From: Takakia lepidozioides
Lineage: Eukaryota > Plantae > Bryophyta
Length of the DNA stretch: 64,000 nt
Assembly (NCBI GenBank): GCA_030704615.1
Contig: CM060733.1
Coordinates: 23,374,001 to 23,438,000 of the forward strand
Direction of reading: 5' to 3'
The notes below the pieces were generated by a model. That model had not been told where the DNA came from, ran no database searches, and saw nothing but the letters and a program-made list of their open reading frames with translations. Both the position numbers and the translations under genes were made by a program. Below, piece after piece: positions 1-14,214 of this stretch. How positions within the stretch are numbered: position 1 is the stretch's first letter; every line of letters begins with the position of its first letter.

Positions 1-3000
1 CCATCCATATCCTTATGATAGGTGCCTGATTCAGGATTATATCTGGCACAACAAACAACACTCAACAAACATCCAGAGCATACACACTTCTGCAGTATAC
101 TGTATCATGAGAGGATGGAGATGGTCCCATCATACTTGGAGAATTTAGGTTCCTTAATCACAGGAGTCAGGAATAGCCGGGACCCCAAGGGCAGCAGCAT
201 GATGGGAGCTGACTTACCAAATTTCTGTTGGTAAGTGTGCTGCATGCTATTCCACTGACTTGACAAAAGGGCCAAGATTAAGAATGTTTCAGAGCTCTAA
301 CAAGATTGCCAATATAGGTTGAAGTCCCCTTTTCCAAGTAATGGCATAAACAGTTCAGATGACAGATGGAGAGAGGGACTGCTTGCTATGTTGGCTTGCA
401 GCCACTGACCTCACTAAATTGTCAGATGGAGAGAAACGATGAAGGTAAGAAAGGAAAATGAAGAAAGACACTTCATAATGGCAATGGAGCTTATATAGGA
501 CAAAGAACAGGAAGAAATTTGTTATATCCAACTGGAGTGGAAATGAGGAACAAGAACCTGAAGAAGGGACTCTCAATGGGGGTGATTTGATGGAGACACT
601 CAATTGAACCCCGCACATCACAGGTAATGTCCGCCACCCCTAGCAGCCGAGGTTCAACCTTGCTGGTTAGCTCTTGCAACTGCATGTTGGTCAGAAGCCG
701 CGGAAACCGTCTCTCCCAGTACATACAGTTCACTGCACAGACAGAATTAGACTAGTCAAATAGTGTGCTACTAAAATTCTTATCAGTTGCACCATACAGA
801 GGGGACTGATTCACCAGCATTTTATCCGACTATGCTCACCTGACTAGCTTTGTGGTAAAGTGGATAACTGAGAGGCCCAGGAGAGTCTTGTTCAACAAAA
901 ATCTCTTCTAAGTACTTTAATAGCAGAGAATATACACACTTACACAGTCTAACAATACTCTCAGAGATTTGAAAACGACTTACCAATTACAGAAGCATAG
1001 AGGGCGATAGTGTTATGGAACACAGAATGATATTGCTCAGGATGAGCATAGTAGTCAGCCTGCACACATTCAGCCAACATTGTGTTTGGGAAATCCTTGC
1101 CTCAACTGGATTGAAGCCTATATCCAACAGTGAGGCTTTCAGGCACCAACCTATACTTTAAGACATATCAAAGAGAAAACAAGGGAAAGAAAGAAACTAC
1201 CTGTCCACAGTGAGCCCCAGGGCCCGTGATAAAGTACAACAACACAAAACCACTTTTAAAGACACTGAACAAAAGAGACTGGCAAGAAGGAACACTGCAC
1301 AGGCTCTCCAGGAGGACTGGTATGCTGGAGGCTCCTGGCCAAGAAAGGAAGGCTAGGAGTCTTGTGTGGGAATTACTTTGCTATCTGTCTGGTTACATGT
1401 GCCTTTGGTGCTTATGGCCAGTGAGGCTTCACCATATGTCCTTTATGTCAAGAACTTATTTCTCATCATCATGTGATCCAAGCAGCTTCCTGTCACTTCC
1501 TCCTTAATGTTTCTTTTGCTGACATGTTTGGGCTTTTGGCTCTGGAGGTGGCTTGTCCTTCAAGAAAGAAGGACAAAACAGGCCAAGGCCCACAGGAGCA
1601 CTCAGAAAACAAGAAGCCTAAGCTTCTACAACAATCTTTTATGGCTTTTCTCGGCTTTGGTGAAGTTCAAGGCAGAGTTTTACTTCAGTGTGATCTGGGT
1701 TTTGCCCCTGTCCTCTTATGAAAAAGGGTGGGTGACACAGACCAACAACAACACTAGCAAGACTTGTTCATTACTCAAAGTGCAGCAGCAACAATTTGGC
1801 AATTTGGAAAGTAAGCTGGTAGAGGTGACTGGACCTTGTCAAAGGGCTTGGAGGGGTCATTGGGTGCCACCATGCTGTCTGCAGCGACCACGCAGCCATA
1901 AACTTTGAAATTAATATTTCCCACCCTTGCTCCTCTGCTAATGCTTGGCCTTGGTGTCTGCACATGTCCTCCCCTATTTTAAGGAATAAACAAAGAATCT
2001 CTAGCCTTAACTTTACATGCTGCCCTTTAGTCCCACAAGCTGATGTTGGGAGTCAGATGTTAGTGCACTGTGAGTACACCATCGCCAGTCCGGGGTTCAA
2101 CTCCAATTGGAGGCTTTAACACGAAGAGGCACTCAATCCCACTACCTCTGGCTTGCTCTGTTGCTCTTCATTTGGGCCTCAGACCCAAGTCAACTAAACA
2201 AGGCTGGTAGACTGCTGAAAACTTGTAGTCTCTTGAAAGAAAGCAATTGAATTGAAGCAATGACTTTCCAGTTGGTTTGAAACAAAAAATCTCACATGAG
2301 GGGGAGATGACTCAGCAAGGCGGGGAAGCTCAGATGGATCCACAAACTGATGAGGCAACAGCCGAAATATCTCCTGTGCACCGTGAGACACTGAAAGGAA
2401 GTAGTTTCTACATCACAATTCTTGAAAGACCTGGATTCTGTTCCAAATTCGTCCCAGTAGTTGCAACCTAAGAGTAAAATCTCAAATTGGAATTGGGAAT
2501 CAAATCTGTCCCATATTTCAAAATGTCTTGTAAATCTTACCATTTCCAGTGCCAGTGAAAACAAAAATGAGGGGGCAGATGCCAAGAGGAAGGCCATCCC
2601 TTGCAATCTCATCACCAATTGCTAGCACTGCGGACCTAGCTGCAGTCAAAGTTGAGTACATGTACGAGGATCCTAGTGACAAAAATGGCGTGGAGAATCC
2701 CAGGCTCAAGTACCCTGTAAAAGAAGCACCACCGTTGAAATAGTCAATAATGACAATTGTATATGGTTTTAATTTCAAACCAGGACTGTACTTCTCAGCA
2801 AGTGACAGTAAAAACTGCGAGTCCAGATCCACAAAACAAATCAAGTTCTTACTTTCGCCCAAGCCTCGGAGGAAGTCAATCATGCCAGCAAACCCTGCAT
2901 ACTCTCCAAATGCCACCAGTCTTTCACCATGCTCTCCCATTATAAGCTCATAGTCATACAATGACACCCTTTTCTCCAGTACCTGAAATGCAAAGCCAAA

Positions 3001-4028
3001 CTTAAGTATATTATCGCTACAATCATGCTTCCAAGTGGAGCTAGAAACTATTCCTAGAACTTCAAAGATATAGATGCAATGGTGAACAGTTCCATCCAAA
3101 ATAATTTCAATGCATGGTGATAAAGACTGTCTAGAGTTTGTCAGTTTTCTGACAAGTTCTTGTTCTGACTGATCCTGAGAACATCAGGATTGGCATCGAC
3201 ATCTTATGAGGTGATGGACCTTCAGCATACTGACCCAAAAATTCGTTTGAGAGGATGAAGGGCGGGGTGTTCACTTAGTGCAGTGCATAGAAGAAGGTGC
3301 ATGAATGTTGGAATTCAATTTCAAGCGCCACTCAAAGTGACCATTCTATACATCCGTACCGTCCGATCGAACTACTACCAAGTGAGACAGCCATCAGTAT
3401 GTAGATTCTCTAAAACCTCCAAAGACTTATTGGCAACATAGAGGAAACATCACAGGAGATCATGCATACCTCGTCAAGTAGGGGCAAGTTCTCTGGTTGG
3501 GCTTTGTGAGTATGGGAGAAGAAGGCGTATGCCCGATCTTCCAGCAGAGTTCCACACTGCACTTCCAATCCCATGTGTAAACAAGTTCAAAGTGACAAGC
3601 GTGGCGCTGACAAAGATTCAGTTGGTGTTAGCCTCAGTCGAACTCAGCAACAGGAAGTCCTCATCTCTGTTGGTTCCAATATCTTCATGGAACTTACCAA
3701 TCGACTCCACAAATGGCACCAGAGCCCGCAAATAAGAACTAGTGAACAGTATGTGACTAACCTTAGGCCGTTTGACCCCAAGCACGAGGCCACATTCAGA
3801 GAGATCCTCCGCCAGCTCACAGCCAACGTCTTGGTACTGAGCATCAGTGTGAATGCGTTTCGTGCAAGGTTGCACCAAAATACGTTCAACGCCGTCGTTG
3901 TCGTGGTCAGCATGAAGCAAGCGGGCACAGTGAGACGGCGTAAGCGGAGCTCGACGCTCCCACTTGTTGTGCTCCTCTCTTAGCAAGCCTACCACCCCGT
4001 TCCCGCGCTTCGATGTGCTCCCAGACAT
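1..4028 (-). CDS. LKR/SDH: Bifunctional lysine-ketoglutarate reductase/saccharopine dehydrogenase, 5' exons (LKR domain); gene continues left of the window
   Basis: GT-AG exons approx. 4028-3762, 3556-3470, 2982-2853, 2714-2541, 2390-2296, 1957-1835, 1059-984, 733-557 and 42-1. They join to give GNGVVGLLREEHNKWERRAPLTPSHCARLL, AFFSHTHKAQPENLPLLD, LYDYELI..RLVAFGEYAG, FVFTGTGNV-SHGAQEIF, NCMYWERRFPRLL and DITCDVRGSIEC, which are plant LKR motifs. Confidence 0.95.
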
Positions 4029-5919
4029 CCGGAACTCTGCTGCAAAACCCTGTCATGCATCCGAGAATTCCAGCAACACTTTCAGATAGACGAAGCCAAA
4101 GTCCAGTCAAAGCTCAGAAAAAACTTCCCGACAGACTATCAATTTAGTGGTTTGCCACTTCCCTTGCCAGTAGGCTCTTCCTAGTGCTATCTTCGCTTTT
4201 ACGTCCTGGGCATTATCCAAGCTCCACTCGCACGTTTGGGAGCTTCACCAGTCCTTGACTGATGGTCGCAGTAGCCATCGACATAAGGCAAACCAGTAAG
4301 ACAATTGTTCACACTTTCGCGCCCGAAATCCTTTTGCAATTGCCAAAAGCTACCAGAAAAGACAACTGCACCACTTTACACTGTTAGCCCATGGCACATC
4401 CAATTGCAGAGTGAATACGCCAACACATCACCCCCAGCTTCTGAAGATGGACTAAGGCAAATTGGACCCAGAGCTGCCCATGGTATAAGTGACGACCCAG
4501 CAAAGGGACAACCGCATTCCAACAAAACATGGCGGGGCAGAAAAAATTCCATTGCCATGCCCATATTTCTCGAGAGGCAGGGGTTGACAATCCATGCCTC
4601 CGACAAGTTCTGTGTTCAGACAATCTTCAACTAGCCCTCTATCCAAATCCAATACACCGTTCTACATGGTGAGAATCTTTAAACCTGAATTACCCAACAC
4701 GCATGGCCGAAAAATCTATCACTTGCATCGTCTTGAAACCAAAACCAACACATACTCCTCCCCTCCCAAATTTGTATCCCCATTCAAAAACTCGAAGAGA
4801 AAAATCTGGTAACTACGCAACATGACAAGGTGCACCAACCTTTGCCGATTTAGCTTCTGGAACACCGCAATTGCATGACAGAGGGGCCAAACCACGAGAA
4901 ACGAGATAACAGACGAGAAACAAGTTGCATTAAGAAATTGTCGCACTCACAAGTGCCACTGGTAAAGCTCACCCCCTCAACATGCACAACAGGAGCAATT
5001 GCATAACCGACTTACAAATCCCTCAAAGTGTGGACCCGGTCTTGAAGTTTGGCAAAAAAAACTCGGGATCGTATCGAAGGAAGGGATCATACAACAGAGA
5101 GAAAGAAGAAGAAGAAATGAAAGAAGGGAGGAGTCGCAAGGGTGGCATTGGAGCCCACAGGGCCTCTCTTCCCGCCATCCGAGACGTTGGCCGTTTGTGG
5201 CATGCCTAACCCACTTTACTAATTTCCTGCTTTACAGAGTGAAAACAGCGCAGTCTGGTTAGTAAGTTGCTTAGCAAGTTACTAAACCCAGTGGCACGCA
5301 CAACTATACCATGACAAGCCACGTGTTTCACGTGTCGTCCAGCGTGGCATCTCCACCCGTTTTTTATTTTTACAATTATCCTATTCCAGTGTGCCACGTC
5401 TACGTGGGGGCCCTTGGGATCTGGGTTGCGTGTGCGCGCCGGAAAGTGCAATATGGCGGCGGCCGCGGTGTCTCGGTAAAGGTCGATCCGAGATGGGAAA
5501 CATGTGATCAGTCCTCCCCCACTAAGCTAGCATCACCACAGAATGTTTCCGGAAATCCTGGTTTGTAGCCCAGCAAGAATCTCGTTGCACTTTGGATCTG
5601 AGTGACGGATGAGGTGGGGTCACTCTGCAAGGATCAGTGATCTCATGTAGTTATGTTGAGAATGAATCCCGCCTTAAAGGAGACTCGATCGGAGATGTGA
5701 ATGAAGCGTATAAGCGTAAATCATCAGCGCTGTGGAATGTGATGGTCGTCCATCTCCGCAAGCTCATAATAGTTGGGGAGTTCAATTACAGTGTCGTAGT
5801 TTAGATACTACAGTTCTGTTGTCCGACGATTGCATCCAATAATTTGTCCCCAATATGTCTTACAATGGTCCCACGGATTCTGCACACTTCAAGGATGGGT
5901 TGAAGGCATGTTGCCCGTC

Positions 5920-6200
5920 CAGGTGCTTGGTTTGCTTGAGAGGCTCTTTGTTGAGCAGAGTCATTCCAAGCAGTCTTGGCAGATTGCTCGTGAATGCTTT
6001 GTGATGGCTGGAGTGGGTCCCACCGTAGTTACTCATTGGGATTGCCACAGAGATCATACAAAGCTCCTTGTTGTGTTCTTGGCATCTCTCTCTCCCTCGA
6101 TGCCCATCAGTACTGCCGTGTGGTCCGGAGGTCCGGACCCACAACAGGCCTTCTTCCCATCCTTGAAGTGTGCCAAATCGATGGGACAATTGGCGTCGAT
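5920..6200 (-). pseudogene. GDSL esterase/lipase C-terminal fragment, degenerate
   Basis: FKDGKKACCGSGP followed, after a frameshift, by YDLCGNPNE*LRWDPLQPSQSIHEQSAKTAWN, a decayed block V WDxxHP with an in-frame stop. Confidence 0.7.
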
Positions 6201-6893
6201 GGAGCAGGCATCTCGCTCTGGCCCAGCTAGACTTCCTAGATGTTTAGCTCTTTGCACTCTCTCCTCTTCCCATGAATTCCTGGGTTATTTTTTCCCATGG
6301 TGTGAAGTGTGAACTCTTCACAACTGCCGGGATATTTTTGATAAATAGCGACTTATTATCCTCGAGTTACTTACTTCCTGTTCACACACGAGCTAGAAGA
6401 GTAGCACAGACAAGATGGAAAAAGTCAATCACCCTGTTCCCTGGGTTGGCGCGCAGCTTTAGCGCTTCTTTCCCTGTCGACCCCAAACCCTTTCTACTGA
6501 CAGGGTACTGGATGGGTCTCCTCTACAACTGTCCGTGTGACCCCACATGTTCACGGGTCGGTCTTTCCAACTTAGTCGCATAGTGTGAGAAGCTGGCTGT
6601 AATATCAACACGGAAAGAGGTCCTGAACAACGTTTTGCACAATGCAGTGTGAATCCCTCTTGTGACAGGCAATATCAACCATCAGTACAGAAATCTGGCT
6701 CCCGATCCCGCGACTCTATGGCTCCGCACATTTCAAACCTGCAGATAAAAGATGGCAGTTGTTGTCAGTGATTCGAAATTTGGGTTGCGATGGAATTGCC
6801 TTGCCTCTTCGTGGCGTAAACCAAATCTGGATAGAAAGAGATTGGCTTATTAGAGTCAGAATCCATTTGTGTGTGTTTCTGCTTCGTACATAC

Positions 6894-7825
6894 CAGTGTT
6901 GTGCGGGTTCTGCCTTTTTAAGGAACTCGCCGGGTCCGGGTTCGGGTTTTTTTTTCGGAGCCAAGTCCGGGTCCGGATCCGGGTTTTTGAAATTTGGAAA
7001 ATCCGGGTCCGGGTTCGGGTCCGGGTTTGTCAACACGGACTCGGGTTAGGGTCCGGGTAGTTGTTGGGAAATATTAGCGAGTTCACGGGTTCAGATCCGG
7101 GTCCGAATTTATTGATTAAATAAATTAGAAAAATAAGATTAATTAAGGATAAAAATCATTTTTGGCTGGAAAAAACATTAAATCCTAATAATGAATTTTA
7201 TTTTAAGAGAAATTCCTTCAAAATATACCATGAATATGAATATGTATACCACGAATAAGAATTTAAATAGAAGTTTGAGTTCCATTTTCTATTTTTCAGT
7301 ATCAATTCTTTAAACATGTTAAGAATAGTAATATGCCTCAAGGGAAGATCACTATAGCATGGATGTGTGGGATCTGGCATAATAATAATATATGACGCCT
7401 CCTTTGGGAGGTGTAAATTATGGTCCCAGAGGGCACAACTTTGTGACACCACTCCAGGGATTGAACCCACAACCCCTTTTGAGGTGGTATGTGGGCATTA
7501 CCACTGGGCTACAACGACTTGGGGCTGGCTGCTGCTGCCTATTACTGCTCGGCCCCTCCACACATATGACAAAACCTACCAGATCTAAGGTGGACCCGTA
7601 TGCCCCATCTAAATTTAAGACCCAGACCCTGACCCGCTACATTGGCCCACGGGTAACGGGTTTAACCGGTTCTGGATCCAGCACGCGGGTCCTGGTCCGG
7701 GTTCATTTTAGAATGAACCCGGGTCAGGGTCCGGGTTTTTTGTGATAGCACGGGTGCGGGTGCAGGTAACCCGGATCCTAACCCGCCGGGTACCCGCCTT
7801 CAAAACCCGGACCCGCACAACACTG
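6894..7825. mobile_element. Non-autonomous hAT-type MITE, copy 1
   Basis: TIRs CAGTGTTGTGCGGGT...ACCCGCACAACACTG. Exact 8-bp TSD GTACATAC (6886-6893 and 7826-7833). CCGGGT/CGGGTC subterminal repeats. Confidence 0.93.
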
Positions 7826-8905
7826 GTACATACTGCTGGTGGACGTGGTCGCTGGACCGGTCTTGGCAACATCGTTGCTCCAAAAGTTGCCAGGCTCGGC
7901 TAGCCTCATCAAATATATATGTTCTCTTCATACTTGTACGAAGAGTGATGGGGACAGGAGTGTTATGACTTATGACTGACTACATGTTGTATATTGTAAT
8001 TTGTTCCAACGTGGCCACTGGATAGTTTGAAATGTGATCTGGGGAGGGATCGGAAAGTACATTTAGCTCGCATCCACAAGCCAAATCAGAGAATGAGAGG
8101 ACATCGTGAACGTGGTTCTGAAAACGTGCGTGCCGGCCCAACAGAGTCGCTACCAGCTTGCCACAATGATCTTACTTCTTTCTCACAATGGGAGTCAGAT
8201 CATAAAATGCTGCAAGAAGGAAAATTTGTCCTGTAGACATCTGACTCGACTCGCATAGTCAAGTGATAAGGCTGCTCCCTACTCCATATATGTTTCAGAT
8301 CTTCTCTGATTGTCCTTTTACAAGGCTTGTGGAGTCATGAAATCTGAAGCCCTTCACAGCAATGTTCATGGTCTTCTTTCATCCTATAAGCAATGTAGAA
8401 GGGCAATGTACCATGCTATCACTCCATGGCACGGGCATCCTTCCGTCCTGTTTGGCACTATAGGAGGTCTGGGGATGCACTCTATGCATAGAATGTAAAG
8501 ACCAGAGACAAGAGAGAGAGAAAGACGTCAACCTGCACAGACAGATAGTAGTTTTGCTAGGAAATGATGCTCAATTGACACTAGATAAACCACCTCATCA
8601 ATGCCAATGGACAATTTGGCCGAGTGTCACTCCTCAAAACTAGAACTATGCGACCAATGTTGCAAAAAGAGAGACAGACAGAGACAGAGACAGGTCTCTA
8701 GTTACAAAGTGTGGCTGCATTTTGGTAGGCCTACCTACCCACCTCAAACCCTTCACATATCGTGATTATTGAGGAAAATATCTCCTCAAGTGAAACAAGG
8801 ATTCTCAAATGGGCATGTAAGAACACTAGAGGGGAAGTCTGGGAACTGCCTGCAAGTCTCCCACTGTTATTGGAAATGCAAAATTGCCAAGTCCAAATCT
8901 CTTCT

Positions 8906-11900
8906 TTAAAACCTGAGTGGCACTGTCCTGGGAGCATAAGTATATGCCTCGAAGTTTATGGTTTGTCCAAGTGTGCTTATTCTTGTCAATGACGTGATGA
9001 GATCCACCTGCCACAGCAATTTTGGAGTTCAGCCCAAACTTGTCATCCAGTCTGTGCATGCATGTGTTCCCAACAGTAACTTGTAGAGCTTCTGTGTATG
9101 TTTGCATGTTGCTGCTGGTTAGCATAGAGCTAGTGCTTACCTCGTAGTCAGTCTGTGAAACAGTTTCCCTGCTATCTTGGTACTTTTTCACCCAGGGAGC
9201 AAAGTCAGGATCCGCTGCTAACTTGGCCTCTGTCTCTGCTTGATTGGGTCCAAGGAAGGCTGATAAAACTGCTACCTGCACGTTATTGAGTGAAAAATGT
9301 TATGTGAAGGGACCTTGTTGGTTGACATCGAAATTTCCACTCAAATACAGCAAGAAGAAGGGCAACCACCAACTTGACATTGAGAACTGTTTCAAGCAAA
9401 CTAGAAGTCCTTCCTTGCGGCCTCTTTTGTTCTAGTATTTTCACAAACTCTACTTGGTGCATACCCACTGCGACCCTCTTTGTCTCCATTGGTGTGTACC
9501 TCTCTCACAACAGTCTGGGGCCCCTGTGGATATTACCATTTCCAACTCTGTCATCATGGCCTGTTATGGGCACAAAAATCTCTCTCCATCTCTCTCTTTC
9601 TCCCACATCAGGCTGGCATTGCACCTCTTTTCACTCAGTTTGAGAAGCTTCAGACAACAGCTGCTTGGGTGCGATGCCTCGGGTAAAGTCTCATCACATG
9701 GATGCTAGACCTTCTTTCTAGAGAAAATCTGGAAGGCCAAACCAGCTGTACATATTGTGGTAATCCCACTACTGGAGTGGACCTTCCATGCCTGTAGTGG
9801 AACCCATGCTGCTCTCCTCCATCCTCCCCCGCACTCACGCTTTCCATGGACATTATTTTTATTTCACCCAAACCATTAGTGGTGTCCATAGCCACAAGGC
9901 TGCAGCAAGCATCATCTAAGTAGTACATCTTCTCTCTTCCTCCCCCTTACCCCAAAGGTACACAGCTCACCTGTCGGGGCTTGAAGCCGAAGTTACCGAA
10001 CTTATCCTTGATCTCTGCAGTTGATGCCTTTTCCCAGAAAAGAATTCTGCCTTCAGGGTCAGGTTCTGCTTTGTCAAAGCGACCCAGTAGCTTGTCAAAT
10101 TGGCCCCACTGTGAGCCCCGAACAAAAACCAGTCCAATATTAGTTGACTTGGAAGCAGGAGCATTCCATATCCAAACATTGCTAGGCAGGAAGCCAAGAC
10201 CCCTAGAGCTTAATTTGGAAATATTTTGGAACATCTTGCTCCTCTAGGCCCCTTGGCTTCCAGGTCATAAAACTTCTCGTCTCTCTCTTGCCCTAACATG
10301 GACTGAATAATAGAAGTTTAAAGCTTCATAATTGTATACGATTCACGAGGCGAAAAAGTTGATATGCTCAACCTGTCCAGTAGATCCATAAGCAGTGTAG
10401 AGTTGAAGACCCTTTCCCTCATTGCCCCCACACTTTCGAATGGCTGCATTTATGAAGGTCCTTTTGACAGCGGATTGTGCTGCAAAACCCCATTAACATA
10501 ATATAAAGAGGGTTATCAGTGTCCAGCAGATGCTAATCTAAGAAAAATCTGTAAAAATAGCTTTATCGGCTTCTTCTTGACACTGTTACTCTCTCAAAAA
10601 CTGCAGGGGCTACCTAAATCCAACAAAAGAGAAACTCAGCCATCACAACATGGGTCGCAGGGAATCCAACTGGAGATCAAAACACAATTAGCAATAATTT
10701 TCAGGGGAGAGCCAAAAGCCCATGCAATCATACCTGCTATATGGATTAGATCTGCCCAAGAAATGGGGCCACCCTTAGCCCCTTCATCTATCTCCTTCTT
10801 CAAACCCTCCAGGAAGCTAAGTGCTTTATCCAGTCCTTGGTTTTCTGGCCTGCCAAGCTCTGAACTGTGCGCGCACAAAGTCAGGTACAGTTCACTAGGA
10901 TGCATGAAGTGATGTTATACTGATAACAGAACACGAATTGAACAAGCAACACAGGATTTAAACAGTTGGTGACTTACCGTATTGATCCATTCGCTCCACC
11001 TGTCTTTGAAGCCTGAGAAATGGAATTGACAAAGCTGAATATTAGAATCCCTTTATGTAGGAAGGGCATTGTGAGCTGTCCTAATATCACAAGTACGATC
11101 AATGTTGGGGTGCAAGAAACAACCAACCAAATCACCTGAATTAGATCTATTTTGGAAGATTGAGCTCTGAAGAGACTGTAATTGTAATTTCTATGGAGGC
11201 CATGTCATGATAGTTTTAGACCCAAGGGAACATTGATCTGTTGTCAACTGTTGTCAAGGGTCACACAGAAAAAGAAAAAGAAACAGCTCCCCGTGTATTT
11301 AAGAACAAATTGCGAAAAACAGAGGCAAACCTTGTCATATGTGAGGGCATCATTCAGGGCCAACTGAAGCAGAGCTGGCACTAGTTCTTCATTTGCCTAC
11401 AAAACAGGGACCACCAAAAGTTAAGAACCTTCATGGTTTGTAATTTAACCATTGCGATGTGTACCTACAGCATAAAAGGACCTGAGTGTGCTTAGATGTA
11501 ACAAAAGAGAAAGGAGAATGCACAGGATTTAGAGACAAGTCACACACAGAGGGAAGTGTACAAAGAGATAGATGCATAGTGACAGAAGCTAGACAAAAAT
11601 AGCCAAGCTCAACATCCATGAGGTCAGTTGAATGAACAATTACCTTGATAGAATCCTGCAGCTTGTCCTTCACGCTTTCTGCAACCATACCATAACACCA
11701 GGCAAAGTTAGAGCCAAAGTGCCACAGCCCTTGCACTGACAGATTTAACTGAAAGCTATCTGGATCATATCTGGAACTCAAAATTACAGTACAGTTATGT
11801 GGCATTCACGAGCCTCTGTCTAATCTCAGGTCAGACTTAGCAGTTAACTCCCTTTGAAACAGGATGAGAGAAAAATCCATCAAAGCAGGTTCTCACTACA

Positions 11901-13305
11901 TAATTCAGATCCCACAGCTGGGACATGTGTCATCATTTGGCAGCTGGGTTAGCAATTCCTTGAGTTGCACTTTTTGATGAGAGGCTCTCAAGACGTTCAA
12001 AATAGATTTCTGCTGGGCTTTCATCCAATATTGGGAACCATTTCCTCTGTGGTGTTGCTAAGCTTGGCTTTCACCACCTCCACTGGCTTCCAGCCTATGA
12101 GACTTGCAACCTATCTACTCTCCTCCCCCATGACTCAGCCTATTGATCGCTCTCGTACAATACAGAGTTGACACAAGTGTGGGGTGCATATGTATGTTCG
12201 AAGTTTGTTGTCCACAAAGAATGAAATTTAGTGCACAGGAGCCAGAAAGAGAGAGATATCACCCAGATTACAGAAGGAACTTACTAAGAAAGACTGACCG
12301 CTGTCCCCTTTGAATCAAATCAGCTGCATTGGCTTCTTCGAGTACGGGTGACAAGCTCCATGCTCCAGCCTACCCATGTCCCCGAAAAACTCAGGTGAAC
12401 GCCAACAACCGTATCCAATTACATTGCCGTTTTTAAGAATGTCAGGAAGCTGACGGGTGGGAAGTCTCAAAGCCATATTTTGGAAATGTAGTACGTTTGG
12501 GAGAGTCAATACTCACAGCCATTGTTGCTGCAGTGAAGCCCATGAATATGTCCCTTCGAGAGACTATCGTCTCGGTGGCATCGGTTCCCTGGCACCTGAT
12601 ACCAGCCTGTTCATCCCCGTAGCTTTATCAGCGCGACGGAACAATGCACCTTGCCTGTGAGAAAGACAAGTAGTACATACAGCGGAAAGAATGGGGGCAC
12701 AGAAGAGAGAGGGATAATTAGGGGGAGGAGCCGGGGGGAAGAAAAACATTGGTGACAGGGGAATAAGAAAACCCAAAATTTTGCAGGACGAATGTGGGCC
12801 TCAAGAGCTCATATTGCAGTCTCGGCCTCCCAGGGGCAATGTGATCCACCCTATTCCATAATGTCTGTAACTCTCAACGAATCTACAACCTGCTGATGTG
12901 TTGAAAATTTTACTTTGAAATGTAGACGCATCCATTCATCTACATTGCACAAAGCAATGTGAATGCGTTCATTCATCTGTTCCTGCATTTGCATGACTGC
13001 ACACACTGTCCACAGCCACTCTGCCATTCTGGGTACCATGAAACTAGATTTCTAGTTGCAAATACATCATGACTTTTCTGAATTGCATTGTCCGATTCCT
13101 CTTAGTTATGAGAAGTGTCCCTGTCAAAAACTGTGTCATGATCTTCCCATTCCACCTCCCTCCAGTTCAAGTGGTACCTCACCTTGAAACCCGCCACATG
13201 CACGACGCGAGGAGAAGTTGTAATACGGGACGTCCCAGTGGGCGAGGCAAACGAGGATGACAGCGTGAGAGATGGAGAGAAGCACCGCACAGCGACCACC
13301 GCCAT
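8906..13305 (-). CDS. APX4: Thylakoid lumen 29 kDa protein (TL29, ascorbate-peroxidase-like), 11 exons
   Basis: Exons approx. 13305-13183, 12606-12517, 12369-12285, 11678-11644, 11396-11331, 11012-10978, 10864-10734, 10481-10373, 10108-9971, 9275-9141 and 9007-8906. Transit peptide with twin-arginine SRRDIF, then ANA|ADLIQRGQRS, LALNDALTYDK, KTGGANGSI, SELGRPEN, GGPISWADLI, SRETVSQTDYEVDLIT and INFEAYTY. Confidence 0.93.
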
Positions 13306-13322
13306 AGCTGCTGCAGCTCAGC

Positions 13323-13325
<3 letters not shown>

Positions 13326-13353
<28 letters not shown>
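13326..13353. repeat. (CT)n microsatellite just upstream of the TL29 start codon
   Basis: About 14 CT units directly visible. Confidence 0.9.
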
Positions 13354-13357
<4 letters not shown>

Positions 13358-14214
13358 CCCAATCTCACGTCCCTTGGCTCCGTGGATGAAAACAATATTT
13401 CATCCCTCCATATGACGCTATATTCTTAGTGGTAGGCTCTTTATCCTACCCTTATCCATGCGATTATCCTTTCTTTCCAAGAAAATAAGAAACAAGGTAT
13501 TTGTTTGTTCTTCTTTTTTCACAATAACATTACTTTATTCAGGGCTCTTTGAGTCTGTAATAAGAGAGGCCAGGAAAAAAGAGCCTAGGTGGGGTTTGGT
13601 CTTTCTGTTCCTTGGAGTCAATGTGATGTTTTCAACGATGTTTCCACGTACTGTTTAGTTGTGGTCTTTTGAAATTTGCCAATTCCCAGTTAGTTCTGCT
13701 TGCGGAAAGTTTCTGTTTGGGAAAATTTTGAAGGTCAACGAAGGAGAGATGGTCACGTGGATCAACAACGCAAAAATATATCTACCTGCACAATCGAGTA
13801 TCATGTTTAGTGAAATCCAGTTTGTGTTAAGGAGGTGATGGAGTTGGGGCCTGTTAGAAGGGAAGAAAGGGCCAATAGAGATCAGACTACAGCTTCTACA
13901 CATTAACTTAGTACAAGCGCAGCCATGGAAGCTCACTTACAAAATTTATCAATTGAGAACCAGAATGAGGGGGTTAACCAGACATTGAGGGAAAGTTTTT
14001 GTTCTGCAACTTGATCCAGACAAAAGCGCACTGAAGTACACGCGCATGATTGACCAGCAAGACAGCAAGGAAGAAGAAAGAAGATTGAGGTACGGAACGG
14101 TAGGCTACATACTGCATACATCAGCTTTGAGAAAATGTCTTCAAGACAGCTTGCCAAAGGCACTGGACTACTACGGTTGGGCACTGCTGTTTTCCCAACA
14201 AGAAGCTCAGGTCC

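Noticed and set aside
6716-7060. ORFs rich in PDPDP/GSGSG (also at 37491-37912, 39173-39430 and 41146-41490)
   Set aside because: Translations of the MITE's CCGGGT subterminal repeats, not proteins.
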